Part shown: positions 1-12,722 of the stretch, piece by piece | How positions within the stretch are numbered: the first letter of the stretch is position 1 | Layout: every line of letters starts with the position of its first letter | Origin: Mercenaria mercenaria | Taxonomy: Eukaryota | DNA length: 64,000 nucleotides | NCBI RefSeq assembly: GCF_021730395.1 | Contig: NC_069372.1 | Span: 64,220,221 to 64,284,220, forward strand | Reading direction: 5' to 3' | Made by a program: the position numbers and the translations under genes | The notes under the pieces: model-generated | What the model saw: only the letters and a program-made list of their open reading frames with translations | Databases searched by the model: none | What the model was told of the DNA's origin: nothing

Positions 1-609
1 AAGTGAGCTAAAAAGCAAGTGCACATGTACTGGTTAAGCCTATCAGTTCAGCTTTTCAACACATTATATGCTCGAGTATATTTACTGGAAAGATGCACAT
101 TAGTAACAGGCAAACACATGCGTGTTCCCTACATTTTGATACCTTGCATACTTTTCAAGATATAACAGGGGCTACATTTTGCGGACAGATGGAAGGCACA
201 CCAATTGTATCCCTGTTTTTTTTAACTGGTAGAGAACTAACAATCCCCTCTATACCTCATTATACTTGACATCTGGACAGAAATCTTAATGCAGATCAAT
301 CTGGGATGTTTTCTTAGAAAATTTGTTGAACAGATATTAATTCTTTCTTCATTATTTCAACCCATCTAGCACTGCACTCTACACAAGGAAAAGTTCTGAC
401 AAGCTTTAAGCATTACCACTTAAGGTATTAGGTCACTAATAGAGAACCTCCTTTTTGAAGAGTATTCAATTCCTACCATAAACCTACTTTTACTGCAATT
501 CTTAGGGGGCGTAGGTTCAAGCCCTACTGGGACCAAATTTTTTTCCCCTTATTTTCCTTTTTTTCTAGTAAGTTTTTACTTCTTTCAAGACTTATTATTG
601 ATTTCTTGT

Positions 610-1600
610 ACAACAAGAGCTGTCGGAGGACAGCAACGCTCGACTATTCAACAGCCTTGTCAACTGAATTAATACAAAAGTTGAAAAAGGGGCATAATTT
701 TGTAAAATGCAAAGTAGAGGTATTGAACCTCTGTATTGCATGTCATATCATGACAGTGAACAAGTGTGTGAAGTTTCGATCCTTTCCAATTTGTGGATAC
801 TGAGATACCAACTTACATACAAAAACTTAACCAAAAACTGCTAAGTCAAAAAAAGAGACATAATTTTGAAAAAAAAAAAGTAGAGTTATGGGACTTGCTT
901 AGTGCATGTCAGATCATGACAGTGAACAAGTATGTGAAGTTTCAATCCATTCCCATTATTAAGTACTGAGATACCAGCTTACATACAAAACCTTAACCAA
1001 AAATTTCTAAGTCGAAAAAGGGGCATAATTTTGTAAAAAAGTAAAATAGAGTTATGGAACCTGTGCAATGTAGGTCAGTTTATCACAGTGAATAAGTGTG
1101 TTAAGTTTCAATCCATTCCCATAAGTGGTTACTGAGATACCAGCTTATATACAAAACCTTAACTAAAAATTTCTAAGTCGAAAAAGGGGCATAATTTTGA
1201 AAAAAAAAAAGAGCAGAGTTATGGGACTTGCTTAGTGCATGTCAGATCATGACAGTGAACAAGTATGTGAAGTTTCAATCCATCCCCATTAGTAAGTACT
1301 GAGATACCAGCTTACATACAAAACCTTAACCAAAAATTTCTAAGACGAAAAAGGGGCATAATTTTGTAAAAAAGCAAATTAGAGTTATGGAACCTGTGCA
1401 GTGTAGGTCAGTTTATCACAGTGAATAAGTGTGTGAAGTTTCAATCCATTCCCACAAGTGGTTATTGAGATACCAGCTTACATACAAAACTTAACCAAAT
1501 CGGGACGCGGACGCCGATGCGGACGCCGACGCATGGGCGAGTCCAATAGCTCTACTATTCTACGAATAGTCGAGCTAAAAATGGAAAAAGACGAATCTAA
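610..1600. mobile_element. Composite non-autonomous element (copy 1): conserved left terminus (caagagctgtcggaggacagc...cgactattc) + 5 tandem ~160-bp units (ggggcataattttgtaaaa...tgagataccagcttacatacaaaa) + conserved right terminus (gacgccgacgc...gagtccaatagctc...tcgagctaaaaatg)
   Basis: Direct reading. The same terminal sequences recur at 7010/7375, 8460, 14270/15310 and, inverted, at 48690/47680. Internal units repeat with ~160-bp period from ~690 to ~1500. Confidence 0.7.
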
Positions 1601-2499
1601 TAAGCGATTTCTTGGTGTTCAAAGTGAATTTACTACTTAAACAGAAGGGCTAGAGTTACACATCTTTAAAAATATTGAGTTATACGCGGTGAATGTTCTC
1701 TATTTTGCTTTCACTCTTAAATTATATATTGTGGAAGAAATTTAGGTGGGTTTTACGTCTGCCCTAAAGTTATTTTTAAATGGAGTAAGCAAAATTCAAA
1801 ACAGAAACACAGCATTCGACCTTATTTTTTCAATGTTGAAGTATGAATTCTGTCTCATTAAATCCGTTTACTTGAGGCACTACTGAAAAAATGATACTGA
1901 CATTTTTATTTTGTGTTTTATAATTGTTTACCAATAGTTTGATGTTTCTTTTATTAAAATAAATGGTAAAATGAGTTCTCAGCAAACATTTTGGATAGTG
2001 GCTATCACATCGAAATTCGTCTCTACTTGAGCTTGAGGAGATACCATAAGTTATACAAAATTTATAAAAAACGGCACGGTAAAAGTTGTTTAAAAACTGC
2101 AAAATAGTGCAAAACACGGCTACCTTTCAGAATATACCAAGCAAAGGCCATTTTGTAAACATTACTATTAGTGATCTAATACCTTAATCAAAATCATCCA
2201 GCAAAAAACTTGGTTAAAACTCTACTATAAGATTTTCATTGGTTATGATTGTCAAAATTCATGGGCTGGCGTAGGAGGTGTTGAAACATGGGTAGTATAA
2301 TTATAAACGAATGAACAATGAGCTCACTTTGTTTAATAATCTACTTATAATAGTATTGAATACAATGTGCAGTAAATACATACAGAAATTGTTGAAAACA
2401 TACTTTCACGATGAATGTGATGTTTAATAAATATATGGACACAGTATCATCTGTCAAATATATATGAATCTTTTATGCATTTAATTCACGGAAACCATT

Positions 2500-2790
2500 A
2501 AACCTATCCAATGTGAACTAATGCAGACGCTATTTAACCTATCCAGTATGTTCTGAATATGCAGACACTATTTAACCTACCCAGTATACACTAAATATGC
2601 AGACACTATTTAACCTATCCAGTAGGTACTGAATATGCAGACACTATTTAACCTACCCAGTATACACTAAATATGCAGACACTATTTAACCTATCCAGTA
2701 TGTACTGAATATGCAGACACTATTTAACCTATCCAGTATGTACTAAATATGCAAACACTGTTTAATCTATCTAATATTTAAGAACATTAT
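2500..2790. repeat. Tandem minisatellite, ~40-bp unit (gcagacactatttaacctatccagtatgtactgaatat), ~7 units; degenerate copies continue to ~4300
   Basis: Near-identical consecutive units seen directly. No unique spacers. Confidence 0.85.
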
Positions 2791-4323
2791 CTAACCTATT
2801 AGATATGCACTCAACATATGAACACTGTTGAATCTATCCAACATACACACTATATTACCTATCCAGTATGTTCTTATTATGTGAAAACTAATTTACATAC
2901 CCAAACTGCACTGAATATATTTAGTTCAACGCTATTTAAGCTGTCAATGTACTGAATATATAATCAATCAGTCATGACTATACATGCTATATGAATGCTA
3001 TTTTACGAAACAGTATACATATCCACTGTACTGATTATGTGAGCGCTTTTAAATTTAACTTATCAAGTAAGAGTTGGATATATGAACACCATTTAACTTA
3101 TCCAATACCTAATAATTATATGAACACTTATCAAACCTATTCACAAATCCACAGTCTGTAATATGAACACCATGGTGCATTAACTTTCCAAAATATATTG
3201 AATGTACGTGCAAGCATCATTTAACTGTATAATATATACTGGATATCTGAATACTACTTACACTATCCAAAATGCACTAGAATCCCAAATGCACTAAAAA
3301 CAGGACAACTTCACATACCAATTTAGTATGAAGTATTTAAACACTATTTTACCAAACAGTATCCATTGTGCTCATGTGAAAACTGCTTTATGTAAAGTTC
3401 CGTAAGGCTTTAAATTCTATGTTAAAAATTGATGAAACAGCTTTCTAAATAATGTTTTGCATAATAATATGGTAAAAAACACTTCTTTTGCACATGACCT
3501 TGTACAGTTAGAACCTTAAAAGGTGGCAATCAAAAACAATGGATTCAATAATACTTTTCTACTAAGTTAACTCTTTCATTTTGACAAATATTTCCAAAAA
3601 TAATTGTCAAAAGTAGGATTTAAAAAGAAGTTATAATATTTTATGTTCACAGCATAAAAGATGGCGGCCACATTATACACAAAGTCATTGAGTCTTTAAT
3701 ATATCCATTACATGATGAAAATATGGACACCATTTTACACTGCACAAATACAATGAACACTAAATTTATTAATCCAATGTTTTGAATTTACAAACAACAT
3801 TTAATCTATTCAAAACATCATTTTACCTATCCAATATATACTTCTCATAAGAACACCTTTTCATCAAGTTTGCAAATTTTGATTCAAAAGAACACCATTT
3901 AATCTAGTCAAAATGAATTGAATATAAGAGTATGATTTAAACTGTCCAATATGTTTTGAATATACAAACATCATTTAACCTTAGAAATACATACTGAATA
4001 ATTATGAAAACTGTTAAACTGAATATATGGACATGTTTTAATTGAATTCACTCAATTTCTACTGAATATATGAAAAACATTTAACCAATCCAATATTTGT
4101 TGTTAAAAGTTGGAAACTTATTTAATCTTTCCAATATGTATTGATCATAACAGCATTTTTCAAACCTATTAAGTATCATTAGTATGTCATGAATATACAG
4201 GTTTCATTTAGCCTATCCAATAAGTACTAAATATAATGAATGTGAACATAACATAACATATCTTGTACTTTTTGAATATATAAACACTTTTCAACCCATA
4301 AAATATGTAAAGAATATAATTAT

Positions 4324-4557
4324 GAGCCACACCATAAGAAAACCAACATAGTGCATTTGCGACCAACATGGATCTAGACCAGCCTGCGCATCAGCGCAGT
4401 CTCATCAGGATCCATGCTGTTCGCTAACGGTTTCTCTAATTGCAATAGGCTTTGAAAGCAAACAGCATGGATCCAGACCAGCCTACGCATCCGCGCAGTC
4501 TGGTCAGGATCCATGCTGGTCACAAATGCATTACGTTGGTTTTCTCATAGTGTGGCT
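4324..4557. mobile_element. Palindromic (hairpin) MITE, copy 1: ~95-bp arms (gagccacaccataagaaaaccaacat...ggatccatgctg) around a ~40-bp loop
   Basis: Left and right arms are near-perfect reverse complements. A second copy lies at 53956..54190 with the loop in flipped orientation. Confidence 0.8.
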
Positions 4558-4668
4558 CAGTTATGATCAGTACCTATCTAATATATGCATTACAAATAGA
4601 TGAACACTACTTCAAATGACTAAAATGAACACTATGTGCAAATGAGTTGTGAAACCATAATAAATGGG

Positions 4669-4697
4669 GGGGGGGGGGGGGGGGGGGACCTATTAAC
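4669..4697. repeat. Homopolymer G(29)
   Basis: Seen directly. A spurious proline/glycine-run ORF 4607..4819 overlaps it. Confidence 0.95.
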
Positions 4698-7009
4698 TTT
4701 TGACCTGAGTGTGACCTTGACCTTGGAGCTAGGGGTATGAGTACTGCATAATTATGACAAGCCAGCTCACTATGGGGAACATTTGTGCCAAGTAATATTA
4801 AAATCCTTTTATAAATCACCTAGCTATGGGCTGGATATGAAATTGCAGACAGACACAAAGAGCAATCAAGGAGTGTCAAATATAGTAATGAATTTATGAA
4901 TACAATGTGTAGTGAACATAATTCAACTATTAAGTTTGGATAAAAGAAACAATTAGTGATGAATAATATGAACACAGTTTAAAGTAACACATAATGAATA
5001 CAATATAAAGTACACAATTTATCTGAAATCTAATAATCACAACCAATGTATAATGGATATATGAACAGAGTATACAAAAACCGATAGTGAATACAATGTG
5101 AAAACAAACTAACTAAAGTTTAATAATGAATACAATGGGTAATGAATATATAAACACATTCTGAAGAAATGGATACAAATTTTGAAAATCAATACAATCT
5201 AAACGAAATCTAATGATAACTATGAGCAATGAATATATCAACAAAGTCTGATTTATGACCTGATAATTACAATGTGAAATTAACACAATCTAAATGAAAC
5301 CTAATAATGATTACAATGAATAATGGAGACACAGTACAGGCTAACTGTTTAACATATATCATGTACACTAACATTTACACAGGATGTTCAGAAAGACAAG
5401 GTATCATCCACAGTTCAATGACCTACATCAATCTTCAGTCTTGAGGTATCCTCAGCTTGACCAAAAATATCATACAATTGAATACAGCAGACAATGTTCC
5501 TCAACTCTCAGCACATCCTGAAATATGGAAGGTTTGCATTGTAATAGTCTTAGAGAGCAATCAACGGCACAATAACAGCCCTACCTGGTATTTAAATAGT
5601 CACCTATATAGCACCTGTTAAAAGGAACAAGTTACTATCTACTTGCTGTTAAGTCATTTCATTTAAGTATCAATTTTCTGAGAAACTTTTAAGTTTGTTT
5701 AAGTGTAAGATATTACACATTACAATAAATTAAATTTTATTTTAAATAGTTGACCTGAACTTTCGAATTTATTTTATATGAGATTTTGAAACATTTTCTG
5801 ATGTCATATAGTATGTGTGTATTTGACAGCTACTTCACAGTCAGAATAGTTCTTTTTCAGTGACACTACATATTTATCAATGATCTAGAATTGTAATCAA
5901 GGAGAACTATATGAAATTTAAACAATAAATGTGGAAATTCGACAAGAAGCATTCAAACATTGCATCACACCATCAGTTAGTCAAGCCTACCTTAAGTTAA
6001 AACTGGAAACCACCATGATCAGTGATTTTGTTTCTGTTTTTAGTAATTGTTACCTTGACTTTGACCCTATGGAATCAAAATGACTACTTTTTTATTTCAT
6101 CAAAAAAGTAAAACCAGGATCAGGATTTGAACCATGGTCTGCCTGTTCAACATTACAAACTAAGGTACAATAGACAAACACTTTAGCCCACTGCACAGTT
6201 GTGGAATTTTCTAAGTATGCACATTAAGTTATGCTGACATTGAACTTGACCCCATAGCATCCCAACCTTGCTTTTTCTATAAGAGAACCTTTAGGCAAAG
6301 TTTAATTTCAATACATCAATCTAAGTTAAAGTTACTGAGCAAAAAACACTTTTCTATGTCTATTAATTAATAATAATGACCTTGCCTTTGATTCTTAAGA
6401 GTCATATGCAACCCTGATTTCTGTCTATATGCAAGCTACCTATATACCAAATTTTACTGCAATCTGTCACTCCTAACTCATATTATTGTGGGGAAACTAA
6501 ATTTTGATGCTGCATGCCCACATGGCTGCTTCTGCACGACATCACCCAATCTAATAACCCCCTGTGATTCCAGGGTAGGTCTTTTGGTTGGAATCTTAGG
6601 GAGAGGTAACCCCCATCATAAACCTAGAGAGCTGAAGATGTACCAGGCAAGTTGGCGCTCTCTAACAAACCATGGTACAATGCATTTACTACACCATGAC
6701 TACACAATCATCTAGATTTAGTTGTGATGGCGCTGGTTCTTTGAGATCCTTCCAGGCAGAATCAATGCTGGGCTCTGAGCCTCGACAGTCCACCTCAAAC
6801 TACTGGAGGTAACTCCCATCACCATAGAGCTAGGATACGAGGGAGGAAATCTACTGGCCACACCGGAACAGAAAAGAAGCCAATGCAACCTTTCAAGGTT
6901 ATCTAATAACCAGCTTTTTCAGCTTTGGTACAATGAACCATTTGAACAAAATTGAAAGAAGTCCATCCAAGTTTGGTGAAGATCCATCAACTGGTTCATG
7001 AGAAAACAA

Positions 7010-7375
7010 GAGCTGCCAGTTGACAGCGTGCTCGACTATTCTCAGTGCTTGATAGTATAATATAAGCTATGAGTAAAACTTTAACATTACAATTATGAAT
7101 AAGCATATTCTTAGTCGAAAAGGGGCCATAATTCAGTCAAAATGCTTGATAGAGTTGTCTGCTCCTGTTCACAGAATGGGGTCATGATGGTAAACAAGTA
7201 GGCAAAATATAAAAGCAATATCTCAATGGACTTTGAAAATATTTGGGGTGGTATGCAAACTTTAACATTTGTGTGAAGCTCACTCTAACACTAACGCTCA
7301 CGCTAACCTCGACGCCGGGGCGAGTAGGATAGCTCCCCTGTTCTTCAAATAGTCAAGCTAAAAATGATTTTGATG
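7010..7375. mobile_element. Composite element family, copy 2 (short: left terminus + one internal unit + right terminus ...cgacgccggggcgagtaggatagctcc...caagctaaaaatg)
   Basis: Termini match copy 1 (610/1590) and copy 3 (14270/15310). Confidence 0.65.
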
Positions 7376-8459
7376 TTTTCCTTAAATAAATGTTATTTAT
7401 GTAAAAACACAGCTGTGGTCCCAAATTTAGTTAAAAAGGTTGGCTTGAAATAACTTGGTAATAGAACAGAAGCCAATGCTATATGTTAAAGTTTTGTACT
7501 TCCTGAGGAAAAGTGTTTATTGTGTTTTCATAATTTATATACGACAAATTTTGTCTGAGCAACCGAGATTATACAAATTTGGTAGGAAACTGTTAACAAA
7601 AGCTTCAAAGCAATGCTCTTTTGTAAAGATGTTTTGAAGTTTCCAATGTATAATGTTTATGTTTTACTAAGAAACAATGACCCATTAGTTACCCCAATTT
7701 GACCCAGTTTAAACAATTTTCAGAGCTTTTCAAGCAAGAATTTTTCAGAAAATCTTGCTGTGAAGCGCCATCATGTGGATCATACGAAGTTATTTAAATG
7801 TTAGCTATATCTATCAGCCCCTAGATTTAGCCAAGCAGATCAGGTTCATGCAAGGACATTTGAATATCCATAAAGTTGTTCATAGGAATAAGCTGTTTAT
7901 TATAGCAAAATGTTAACAACAGACGAAACTAACATGATACTATCCATTACCTATATACATTGTACTGGTTCTAGTAAATTGTCTACAGATGTTTTTCAAT
8001 CTCAGCTACAACAGTTTCAGCTTCTGGGAACTTTAGCTTCCTTGGTGGGCCCTTCTTTAATCCAGTCCAAACTACAATATCTGAAATTGTTTTGGTCATT
8101 CTAAGAAAATATTGAAGCATAAATTTCATAACTCCTCTAACACAGTTTACAAAGGCAAAATATTTTCACTTCAATTTTGATGATGTGAATATCACCTTGG
8201 TCAGGTACACTGACTTTTCACTGATATTATCATACAGTATTTTATTAATTATATGTGTGTACCTAGTACACTAATGTGCCCCCAACCTTCCTGTCACTGT
8301 ATGGTCATAAGTTACTTGTCAACAATGCAAGAAAAAGTAAACTTCTGTATTACCTTGGGCTTGGGGTCTGAGTCATAAGGGGAATGCGGTGTGGAGTATG
8401 AATACTACAAAATATTATCAAGAAACACAAGATCAAAGCAACCGAGTGTAAAAAACAAG

Positions 8460-8600
8460 AGCTGTCACAGGAAACAGTGTGCTCAACTATTTAAATGCTG
8501 GATAGTGAAATAGGGCACACCTGAAGGATATATAGCTATCACTGGAGAGTGCAATGCCTGCTATCACTGGAGAGTGCAATGCCTCTAATGTGGATGACTG
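8460..8600. mobile_element. Partial copy of the composite-element left terminus (agagctgtcacaggaaacagtgtgctcaactattt...gatagtgaaatagggcac) followed by a 2x 30-bp tandem (ctatcactggagagtgcaatgcct)
   Basis: Sequence identity to 14270..14330. No matching right terminus was found nearby. Confidence 0.5.
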
Positions 8601-9689
8601 ACCGGACAATACTTTAAAGTATCAACTCAAATGTATTTGTAACAAGAGGGTCACTGACTCTAAAGTGCTCACCTGTGTACAAGGCTTCAAGTGTGTTTGT
8701 ATAAGTACAGAGTTAGGTTTCTTCTATGTTAGCCTATATTATATACATTACATGTCACACACAAGTTTTTGAACCTAGGACAATAATTTGAACAATTACA
8801 GTAAACATTACAAATCTGATATCACAGGCCAAATAAGCAAGGCTCTAGCTATTACTAATTCAGAGAAGAAGATTTTCAAAGTTTCTTATATAAAAGCCTA
8901 TAGTAAGTACATGTCAGACATAGGGTCATGGCCATTTGTTTTACCTTAGGGCAATAATTTTGACAAGTATGATAAGAGTCAAAACCTTATATCACAGGCC
9001 AAATATCAAAGCTCTAGAGAAAAGGATTTTAAAAGTCTGATAGCTGAAAACCTATTTTTAACCAAAAAGACCTATATGTTCAATGAACAGGAACCATTTG
9101 AACAACTCTGAAAGTGAGCTACCCAGAGATCATTTGTGAAGTTTCATCAAAATCCATTCAGTAGTTTTGGAGGATATGTTGTTTAAAGAAATTGTTGATG
9201 AAATGGGACCATGCCCTCTGGTGGCCATTGTTTTTGACTTATCAGAAAATATTTGTAGAAGGTCACACAAGGAGGAAGTTTTACTATATACACAAGAGCC
9301 ATGTTAGACATGGCTAATGCCCCCGCCGGGCATATTATAATTGAAGGCTAAAGTTCCTGGCAAGTTAGTGTCTGAAAGTATTAACTTTGGGGAAAGCTTT
9401 GAAGAACCGTTTAGTTGTGGTCCGCATCAGGGGTTTTAAAGATGTGGAAGAAAGAATAAGTCAATGGTGAAGTGGTTTACTGCTAAATTTTATTAATTTT
9501 CATGAACAGTATAGCTATGATGTTTTTCTATATGGCTACTGTAAAAAGAAGGAATGGAAAGCTTACAGGGAACAAGAGTGCCAGAATGTCACAATATACG
9601 TCCGTCACAGCAAATTTCTTTACTCTAGCAGCAATTTTGTGGTTGTTTAGTTATCATTGTAAGTCTTTTGTTTTTCTAAGTCCACAAAA

Positions 9690-11874
9690 TAGCTCCTTAC
9701 CAGGTAGAGATACCTTAAAATACACCTAAAATTGGAAAGTAACATCTATGTTGTACCACAGAAAAGTGGTCTTGTTTTTTCCCTACGGTCAATTATAAAA
9801 ATGTTACAATATAAGTTATTTATAGTAACAACTAAGGAAAGTTAATTTAAAAAAAAAAAAAAAATTGTAAATGCACACAAAAATCTTTACCAGGTAGAGA
9901 TTGGTCAAAATACACCTCAAAATTGGATGTAGCATGCATGTTGTACTACAAAAAAGTGGTCTCGATTTTTCCCTACGACTAGTAATGAAAAAGTTACAAT
10001 AAAAGCTATTTAAAGTAACAAAAAGGGAAGTAATTCTAAAGAAGGGAACTGCGCATGACACTTCGTCTCATGATGGTGTATAATTGTGCCAAGTTACATC
10101 AAAATCCCTCCATGCATGAAAAAGAAATGCTTCGGGCAAAGTCATTCTTGTATCTGACCTTTGGCCTCTGTGACCTTGACCTTAGACCTAGGGACCTGGA
10201 TCTTGCGCAAGACACTCCGTCTCGTGGTGGTGAACATTTGTGCCAAGTTATATCAAAATCCCTCTATGCATGATGAAGAAATGCTCCGGACAAGGTTTTC
10301 ATTCTTGTATCCTTTGACCTCTAAGTGTGACCTTGACCTTAGACCTAGGGACCCAGTTCTTGCGCATGACACTCCGCCTCGTAGTGGTGAACATTTATGC
10401 CAAGATATATCAAAATCCCTCTATGCATGAAGAAGATATGCTCCGGACAAAATTTTTTAAGAAAATATGATAAAGGGGAATAACTCAAAAAATAAGCAAA
10501 AAATAAGCAAGGTAGAGTTATTGTTCTTGCACACTGCACTTCCTCCCAATGTGTTCTATCAGTGTATGAAGTTTGAAGAAAATCCCTCCAGTACTTTTAG
10601 AGTCATGCTCCGGACAAAATTTTTTAAGAAAATAGGATAAAGGGGAATAACTCAAAAAATAGGCAAGGTAGAGTTATGTGTTCTATCAGTGTATGAAGTT
10701 TGAAGGAAATCCCTCCAGTACTTTTGGAGTTATGCTCCGGACAAAGATCGTTGCGCACGCACACACGCACGGACGGAGAGCATTTCTAAGATCCCCTTCG
10801 CCTTTGGCGGGGGGATAATAAAGGGAAAAGTGACCACTCCCCCTGGCAGCCATGTTTTTTGACGAATCAGAATAATTTGAACAATCTTGGTAGAAGGGCA
10901 CACAAGAACCATCTGTGTAAAATTATTTTAAAATCGGGCTAGCAGTTTCACACAAGAAGATTTTTGAAGTTTCCACTATATACATGTAGTGAAAAGTGAC
11001 TGCGCCCTCTGGCTGCCAAGTTTTTTGACAAATCAAAAATATTTGCACAATCTTGGTAGTGGGGCAAACAAGGACCATTTGCTTAAAATTATTTTAAAAT
11101 CGGACAAGCAGTTTCACACAAGACTTTTTTTTTAAATTTCCACTATATACATATAGAGAAAAGTGACTACGCCACCTGGCGGCCATGTTTTTTGACGAAT
11201 CAGAAAAATTTGAATAATCTTGGTAGAGGGTCACACAAGGACCATGTGCATAAAATTATCTTAAAAGCGGGCTAACAGTTTCACACAAGAAGATTTTTTA
11301 AATTTCCACCATATACATATAGGGAAAAGTGACCACACACTCTGGCGGCCATGTTTTTTGACGAATCAAAATAATTTGAACGATCTTGGCAGAGGGTCAC
11401 ACAAGGACCGTTTGCGTAAAATCATTTTAAAATTGGCCTAGCAGTTTCACACAAGAAGATTTTTTGATATTTCCACTATATACATATAGGGAAAAGTGAC
11501 CACGCCCCCTGGTGGCCATGTTTTTTGATGAATCAGTATAATTTGAAAACCTTGGTAGAGGGTGACCATTTGTGTGACATTATTTCAAAATCAGGCCATG
11601 GCTTTGGCTACCTATCTAACTTGGCCGAGGACTTACTGGCAAACACATTTTGTTCAAGTTAGGTGAAGATCGGATGAGAAATGTTCGACTTAAAGAGTGC
11701 GGACAAGTGTGTATGGAGCGATTTTCAGTAACTCGAGGGCCATAATTTCGAAATGCCTGTGCCGATTTTGCTCGTTATCGAACTTGGCCTTGGACTTATT
11801 GTCAAACACATTTTGTCCACGTTTGGTGAAGATCCGATGAGAAGTGTTTGACATAGAGCGTGGGCAAGATTTGT

Positions 11875-11910
<36 letters not shown>

Positions 11911-11960
11911 CAGCAGTAAATCAATATATCTCCCACACCACTATGTAGTGGGAGACATTA
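9690..11960. mobile_element. Composite repeat block A. Module 9690..10040 is a terminal region with a duplicated ~170-bp sub-unit and A(16). Module 10040..10440 is ~3.5 units of a ~115-bp satellite (gtgaccttgaccttagacctagggacc...). Module 10440..11560 is ~165-bp arrays (gtgaccacgccccctggcggccatgttttttgacgaatcag...). Module 11560..11960 has 2 units, then (CA)13, then a hairpin terminus tctcccacaccactatgtagtgggagacat.
   Basis: Periodicity read directly. Block A' at 34960..36390 is the reverse complement of modules 1 and 2. The hairpin terminus recurs at 57505..57550. Confidence 0.7.
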
Positions 11961-12562
11961 AATTCCAAATCAAAAGGGGACATAATTCATGAAACATTGG
12001 TCTCAGTTATGGACCGTGTGTCGAATGATGAAGAAAATGATACAAAATAACTATTTTAAGTTTGAATCAAATCCATTATCTAATAATTATAATATTATAG
12101 TGTAAATTTATTAAAGATCCAAACTAAAAGATTTATTAAAGATCCGAGCTAAAAAGTAAGTCTTTTTCTAAATCTATAAATGTTAAAGGCTTTTGTCATT
12201 TTACAATAATTTTGCTACCTGGTAAGCTTTTATTTGATTCAATCAAGTAAACATCATTTACTGTTGAACAATCATAATTATAAATTACCATCACACATCT
12301 TAAATAAAAGTATTTTTTTTCCTAAATTTAATGGGATATTTTCTCAAATCTCTGTAGAAAGTGACATTTGAAGAATGTCGAAAAAGGCCTAGCCTCAAAC
12401 TAAAACCATTAGCAAACAATACTGTTTCATTACAATTCAGCTGAAAGCCTTTACCAGGGGAAAATTCCATGTAACTCATTAAGTCACTGTTTACAGAGTA
12501 AATAATATTTACAATACAAAATTGATGTAATCTGTTCAACTGTTTAGTAAACATATAAAATA

Positions 12563-12722
12563 TTATTTATAAATACCATCTTTCCCATCCCTGGAAACGA
12601 CAAGTTCAAAGCTGCCACGTCTGGGAGCTGAAGGATTAAGTTCAACTTCGAACTCCCCATACTTCTGGCGCAAGTCCTCAACCAGGGCTAAGGCCTTGCG
12701 CTTGAACACTTGTCAGGATTTG
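12563..12722 (-). CDS. SELENOH: Selenoprotein H-like (SelH/Rdx family) coding exon with in-frame TGA (Sec) at 12715..12713. Translation: (C)KS-U-QVFKRKALALVEDLRQKYGEFEVELNPSAPRRGSFELVVSRDGKDGIYK*
   Basis: Minus-strand acceptor tttgtttctttgcag|c at 12723/12722. If the upstream exon ends in TG, the junction codon is Cys, giving C-K-S-U, a CxxU redox motif. U-to-NP spacing (25 aa) and the NPxxPRRGSFE[VL] motif match human SELENOH (CTSU...VKVNPTKPRRGSFEV). Stop TAA at 12565..12563, unless the weak donor after GKD is used. Confidence 0.6.

Noticed and set aside
2500-2790. Regular short tandem repeats that could be read as a CRISPR array
   Set aside because: The units are contiguous with no unique spacers. 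The locus is eukaryotic (spliced genes, LINEs, SINEs), so CRISPR is not applicable. The same holds for the arrays at 43590..45410.
9816-10061. 81-aa ORF with a near-identical 84-aa ORF at 35971..36225
   Set aside because: The two ORFs are similar because both lie in inverted copies of the repeat terminal module (A/A'). Both run into poly-A/T tracts, and the peptide conservation reflects DNA repeat identity, not selection.
12300-12554. 84-aa minus-strand ORF just downstream of the SelH-like exon as a continuation of that gene
   Set aside because: Different frame, separated by a stop codon, no SelH C-terminal similarity. More likely 3' UTR or intron.
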